A stretch of DNA of 64,000 nt from the human T2T-CHM13v2.0 reference genome, Homo sapiens. The stretch lies in assembly GCF_009914755.1 (NCBI RefSeq), contig NC_060926.1, one strand, 5' to 3'. Of this stretch, positions 57,191 through 64,000 are shown in pieces. Below the pieces are notes generated by a model that was not told the DNA's origin, made no database searches, and was given only the letters and a program-made list of their open reading frames with translations. The position numbers and the translations under genes are program-made. Each line of letters begins with the position of its first letter. Position 1 is the stretch's first letter.

Positions 57191-58117
57191 ACACCAGGAA
57201 GTAAAATTCAGCTCCTCTCCTGTATTTCTGAAGGAATAGACTTAAAGGCAAGAAATATTCCTAAACAACAATAGATAGCCCAGGCCATTCATGCTACAGG
57301 AACCTTTGATACATGGATTACATAAGTAAGTAAATTCAAACAAACAAAAGAGAAACTCTGCAACCCTTTGCAAAACATGAAGATTTTTGTTAAGGTGACC
57401 TCAACTTGCACCAAAATAAAATTATAAAGGAAATACAAACATTTATTCTTCCCAATGCTCCAGGTCCCCCCAAATTTGCATTTGCTTCCTTCTTTCCTCC
57501 ACCTTACTAATTGTAAAAATAAGGGGCACGCTAAACATTTAAGTATGCAAATTTTAAAAATAATGAACATTCTATGCTTCTTTTGTGTTCCATTGTAATA
57601 AAATCTATTGTTCCATCCATCAGTCTCATTAGAGTAGGTTTTGACCTATACTGAAAAAAAAACACTCAAATGTTCAAGCTCATCTGCCAAATGAGGGGCC
57701 TCAGAAGGACAATCTCCACTGTTTCCTCCCCCAGTGAATATTATATGATTCTCCATGGAAATGATTATAATAGATCAGCAGCACTGTGGTTTTACACAAA
57801 GGGTAGGACCTCATCGGCAGGCTAGAAGCCTAGAAATTGGAACTATCTCGATGAATACAGAAAAATTTTCTCATGGTTAATATGTTCTCCTAATCATGAA
57901 AAAATTTTAAGAAAGAACTTAGAGGTCTCACGGTCTGTTTCCTTCCCAAAGTACAGGATCTAGAAAAATGCTATTACCAAATATCTTGATGTAGCTTTTC
58001 TGTTGTTAAAAGAAAATACATATTGCTGAAAGAAGAGAGACATTGCAGAAGTTACCTCTCAATCAGCTTTTCAACAGGTTATATTGCAGGCATGAAATGA
58101 AAGCACCAAGACTTTGA

Positions 58118-58462
<345 letters not shown>

Positions 58463-58927
58463 TATAATTATGTTTTAAATTTGGGGCCATATCTGGTCAC
58501 TATTTAACAACATGTTCATCTAAAAATTAAGTCCTTTAAAAAATTATTATTGGGTACTGGATTCCAAGATAGGATTCCATATGTTTCCTATACTTTACCA
58601 TTACCAAGGTGTAAGACCATGTTTTATCTGCTATTTCCACAATGAAGGCAATGAGTAATTGAATCAATAAATTAAACGAATAAATAAATTGAATATTTGA
58701 TCCATATATTTCTGGCAGAATGCAACAAGCAACCTCTTGGACCAGACAATTCTATTGATTTTTTCTTTGTCTTATTTATTCCATGTTATTACTTAAATCA
58801 AATAGCAAATCAAGCAGTTATAACCTTCTGTTATTGACCAAAAAAAAAAAAAAATACTACACAGGAAAGAATATGTTAAGAAAGAAATTAATAGCAGATT
58901 AATACATTTATCAATGTAGCAAAATAT

Positions 58928-59191
58928 TGTCAAACCAAATAACAGAGAAGGAGACTCTCTAAAATAAAGTAATATTTACTCTGGAATGGGCACTGCAGTG
59001 AGGAATATGCATGCCATAATAAATTGTGTGCATCTGCAGGGAGGTAAAGGAAGACAAAGGTTTTTAAAGAAAAAATGAGGATTGCATAATTGTTTTGAGA
59101 TAATTATCCTTGGCTGAAAGGATCAATAACAAGGGTGGCGCCAGTATGAGGTTAGACTGGCAGTTGCTGAGCAGATGTCCCCGCAGAAGCA

Positions 59192-59239
<48 letters not shown>

Positions 59240-59388
59240 AGGTTGCAATGGCCTTTTTTGCAGTCTTTTGTGGTAGTTCTTGTTATCAGACACTCATGAT
59301 GAGACCACTCTCTTCCTGGCCTTTCCCAACTCTATTTGTCAGGGTTTTTAACACAAGTGACTCCATTTTGATTCTGACAACTTTCACA
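58928..59388 (-). mobile_element. ERV1-class solo LTR (MER67-like) with internal (TG)n at ~59194-59236
   Basis: Reverse strand starts TGTGAAAGTTGTCAGAATCAAAATGGAGTCAC; 4-bp TSD ATAT at 58924-58927 and 59389-59392. Confidence 0.85.
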
Positions 59389-61884
59389 ATATTTACAGAT
59401 GATCGTTTAATAATCACTGGAGAGAGAGATGCAGGTTTCTTTCTAGTTTACTGAATTCTTCCCTTTTTAGTTGCCACAGAAATCTTTGTGCTGACAGCAG
59501 CCCTGTGTGTGACATTTAGGCCCACAGACACCCATGTGATTCTAGAAAATGTCTCAAAGAAGGGACCTGGATTTTCATCCCTTTGCACTCCTGCAGTTTA
59601 GTTAAACAGCGGCGGCTGAACACAGCCACTTGCCATCCATTTGGTTATGATTCTTCTGCTTCATCATCAATCCAAGCATTGACCTAGTTGTAGAAATTCG
59701 GATCTAGTCAATTCTCCTAAATATCTAAAATGTGCACAACAAATCCAGTTCCTCCAACAAGGGTTAACCTTCGCCTCTTCTCTGTGTGTTTTTATACATT
59801 ATGTATCTGCACTTTTGCATTAAGTGGCTATAATTAATATAATTTTGTTAGAGGCTAACTAAAATAAAAAGCCTTATCAATTAAGAATGCATAATATTTC
59901 ATCTTAAGAAACACCATCTTCTAAGCATTAATGTCTTTAGACTACCATAAATAAAACATCAAGGAAGATGCTTGTGCATAAATCTTTGACCACATCTCTA
60001 ATTAATTTTTCTTCAGGATAGAACTTTAGAAAATAATGCTGTCAAATTGAGAGATAGTAAAAATGTCCTTATTTTAATTTGAATTTTCCTTCTTATTAGA
60101 GGTTAGAAATTGTGCACACAGTCTTTGCCCTATGTATTTCTTCTCTTGTGAAATATCTGTTTACATCTTTTGCTTATTTTTCTAAGTCTTACGTTTTCAA
60201 TACCACATTCGACTGCATGTGTAATTTGTAATTTAAAATAGGGTTCAGTGAAAGGAGGTTTACAAATAATATGTGTCATCACCATCATTTAATTATTTAT
60301 TTAAATCTTCTCCTTAAAGTTATTCCTTTTAAAATATCTCTAAAAATTTTTTGTTAAAATGCCATTGAGAGCACCAGACAGGCATTTGAAATATCTTAAG
60401 ATAGTGTTAGGCTGCCACCTAGCACTTCGGTGTGGAACAGCCCAAAACACCCATTGAAGGTTTTCTCATATTCAGAGCATATCGAATACAGTAAACACAA
60501 AAATGTCACCTTATGTCCTGAATCCAGAAAGGCTAAAAACTAATGTCAATGAATGCAAAAACTAGGACTCCCATAGACTCAGGGACAAGGTATTCCATAT
60601 ATACATATCCTCTGTATTTAACACTTGTCACTGTTTACCTTAATTGAAATAGGAACACTACTCTGAAAGTCAAGAAAACTTGAGTCCTCATTCAAAACTT
60701 ACTGCTAACAGATGTAGTCATCTTTCACAGCACAATGAGCCTCCTCAGGACTCCGTTTTTCCACAAAATGTAAGGAAGACAAAGGAAAGCTGTCTTGTTC
60801 CTCGCACTCTGCAAGGGTGCAGATTAGTGGTGCATCTCAGAGAGGACTGTATGCTTCTGGGGCTGTAGGAGCTGTGTAAGGTCGGATATGGGGTTGCTTG
60901 CAAACTTGGCCTCTTCCTGGTCACCCTCCCCTTCATCTCACCCCTTCCCCCGGAGACGGAGAGCACTTTCTCGGGTGCAAATGCTTGACCACATGCCTGC
61001 TTGACCATGCTTCTGGTCTCGTTGGAGAGCTTTAGAGAGGGACAAAGAGGTGAGGATAAAGGACCTGCCTTCCCAATCAGCCTGTCTACAATAACAGTAA
61101 CAATAGTCCAAGTCCTATTATCATACAGTGTCCAGTGCCCATACAACATGGACTACTCACGACAGCTTCCTGATCTTCCGAAATTTCTCACCGGCTGGCC
61201 TTCTGCCTTCTTCATGGGGGACACAAGCCCCCCTTCATTCTTCTATAAGCTGTAAATATTTTTCAAAGCATAGTCTCTCTGCTCTTCTCTCCTCATGCTT
61301 TTGCCTTCAAAGGAATTGTTTTCTTTGCACATCTTAAACTCTTAGGGTTTGACTGAAAAATCTTTAACTCCTGGGCAGAATTTTCACTTGAGTGCCAGTG
61401 ATGGGTGTTCAGCTGTCTGCTGGAATGTTTGATGTCCCGTCCCTAAAACCATCTTCCTTCTTCACCATGTATAACCGAACACTCACAAAATCCTGACGGT
61501 TTTTTGTGTAGCTGTTTCTCCTGCTCACTGCTTCCTTTCTGTCCACAAGGGACTCTTTGTGGCATACATGGACCATGGTAATGCCATCTCTTTAGTCCTT
61601 TGCTCTTTTAATCCAGATCTTCCCCAGGCAGAAACCCACTTTTCCCCACTGTGCAACAGCATCATTTTCTATGTATGCCCCGAGGTGAGAATGGTTGCTA
61701 AGCCCCACTCAACTCCACCCTGCATGTGCCTGCCAAATCAGACGTCTTCAACACTGGCCTCATTGCTGTAAGGCCCAAATCTTCCTGTTAATCTTTTTCA
61801 TTCTTCTTTCCCACCCTGCCCTGCCGGGATTCCTGTGTTCCAAGCAATTTTATTTCAGTGAGATTCTCAGATCATGCCAACTAA

Positions 61885-62059
61885 AGACTTGTAACTCAAA
61901 AGTGTGGTCTGTGAATCAAGGGATATTGGCATTACCCGGGATCTTTTTGAAAATCCAGACTTCCAGTTTCCACCCCAGAATTTTGAATCAGAATCAGAAT
62001 CTAAATCTCAACAAGATCCCTGGGAAATTCATATGCATGTGAAAGTTTAAGGAATACAG
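61885..62059. mobile_element. MER5-like hAT-Charlie element
   Basis: CTCAAAAGTGTGGTC...CCACCCCAGA...GAATCAGAATCT...AACAAGATCCC...AAAGTTT. Confidence 0.75.
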
Positions 62060-62376
62060 AATACACACACCCCCAACCTCCCTGTTTTTCTCTCACTTCA
62101 TCTATGTATTTCCTTAATTTTACATTCACAATCTAAAATTATCTTGTTAATTTATTTTCCTTTCTATCATCTGCCTCATCATATTGGAATGTAAGCTTTA
62201 TGAGAGCCAAGCCCTCATGATATTTACTGATGTATATTTCTAGTACACACTCAATAAATAATTATTAAGTAAATAAGTTCTGAGCTCATTTCCTTATTCT
62301 CACTTTTATTTATGACAGATCTCCAATCCACCTTGCCTTCTCTCCTCCTTTTCTCCTTTTTAGATATTATTTATCC

Positions 62377-62711
62377 AGCTGGGTGCCGTGGCTCATGCCT
62401 GTAATCCCAACACTTTGGGAGGCCGAGGCATGTGGATCACCTGAGGCCAGGAGTTTGAGACCAGCCTGGTCAACATGGAGAAACCCTGTCTCTACTAAAA
62501 ATACAAAAATTAGCTGAGGGTGGTGGCATGCGCCTGTAATTCCAGCTATTTGGGAGGCTGAGGCAGGAGAATAACTTGAACCCAGGAGGCAGAGGCTGCA
62601 GTGAGCCGAGATTTTGCCACTGTGCTCCACACTCCAGCCTAGGCGACAGAGAAAGACTCTGTCTCAAAAAAAAAAAAAAAAAAAAAAAAAGGAAGAAAGA
62701 GAAAGAAAGAA
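62377..62711 (+). mobile_element. AluS
   Basis: Full Alu with A/GAAA tail; imperfect TSD AGATATTATTTATCC / AGAAATTATGTATCC. Confidence 0.95.
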
Positions 62712-63652
62712 AGAAATTATGTATCCAACAAATTATTTCTCAAACATTCCAAGCACATGCACTTCTGACCTCCTAGACCCTATAGGAACAACTCAGACAC
62801 CCACACTCACTTCAAGTGCTTTTTGTGTATATGTTTTATCTCTCCAACCAAAATGTAAATGTCAGGAGGGCAGAATCTGTGCTTTATACTTTATTGGTAT
62901 TTCCCAGAATTTACAGCAAGCAGATAAATGCATTCATTCTAGGTGAAAAGAAAGATTTACCAAAAGAGTCACAGAGAAAGTCTAGAAAAGAGAAATCCTA
63001 GAAAATAGTTTAGACAAATCTCTTTACAAGTACATTGAATGGACTTCACGTGAGTCCCCATAGCAAAGGTGTGTTATTTAATTATTATAAGTTAATCACC
63101 TCACTTACAAGTTGTGTTTTACATTTTAATATTATTATATTGTCTCATTGAGATTATTTTAAAATAATCCCTTATCCTAGAATGAAACTTGCATCTAACG
63201 TTATGTTTAGAGATTTCACATGACATCTTTGCTAAAATAAGTTTCAATTAGAATGAACTTCACTTAGGACACGTCAGTTCCTAACTTCCACTTTGATCTC
63301 TTCATAAAATCTTCCTAGTTTTGAATTTGAAAATAGGGCTAATCTTCCCCACGGTGGGGTATGAACTCTTTATTGTAGGGATTCTGTCTTTTGCATGATG
63401 TTAGTGAGGGTTTATGATCCCAGACGTATGTTGCTCCATTTTTCTGTCCATTCCTACATTGTTTGTGGCACACATCCCACATATACCAAGAAGACCGATT
63501 AGCTAATCTGTCAATCTTGATAAAGTGCCTGGAAATGCCCTGAAGAATTACCCAAAATAATAGTTTATACCACAGACACTACAAACTGGAAAATGTTTCA
63601 AGCCTCAAACACTCTCCCATACCAATTATCTAACTTCATTATGGTTTTCCAC

Positions 63653-63708
63653 CTTCTAGGTGGCATTTAGCATAAAATGTCTTCAAGGTGGCATTTAGCA
63701 TAAAATAT
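63653..63708. repeat. 28-bp tandem duplication
   Basis: CTTCTAGGTGGCATTTAGCATAAAATGT / CTTCAAGGTGGCATTTAGCATAAAATAT. Confidence 0.92.
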
Positions 63709-64000
63709 TTGCACTCTTTCATAATACTAAATAGAAAATACCTGTATATTTTCAAAAAAGGAAAAGAAAATTGTCATGAGTAATGAAAATGTTACTAAAA
63801 ATGAGGTGCTGGGTCAGGTGGAATTCTACACAGACTACAGAGGTAGAAACAAAGCAAACATGAGGAAAATACAATGAGCTCCATGACCTTGGTTTCCAAT
63901 GCGTTTGATTTATATCAAAGCCAAATGTGGTTCATCCCTTACTAATCACTTTATCTGGAAAGGAGAGAATGAAAACATTATTTTTGTTCGTTCATGCCCA

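Overview
Primate (human-like) AT-rich intergenic DNA, dense in interspersed repeats (Alu, MIR, L1, L2, MaLR/ERVL/ERV1 solo LTRs, hAT and Tc2/pogo DNA transposon fossils). No spliced protein-coding gene, RNA gene or prokaryote-type system is evident. There are two processed retrocopies on the + strand: an LLPH copy (~35290-35944) with its full 129-codon ORF intact, and a full-length HSPA9/mortalin pseudogene (52795-~55587) with a lost start codon, frameshifts and a nonsense codon. From memory HSPA9P1 lies at 2q36.1 between EPHA4 and PAX3; I could not check this here. The most interesting structures are a probable L1 3' transduction (~500 bp of extra DNA inside the TSDs, 23148-23858), an MLT2A2 LTR with an inverted plus direct triplication giving a 52-bp stem, a microhomology deletion junction at ~3365, and a chimeric 378-aa ATG ORF in the HSPA9 copy. 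I found no convincing new biological system. Repeat subfamily names and comparisons to parent genes come from recalled sequences, not database searches.
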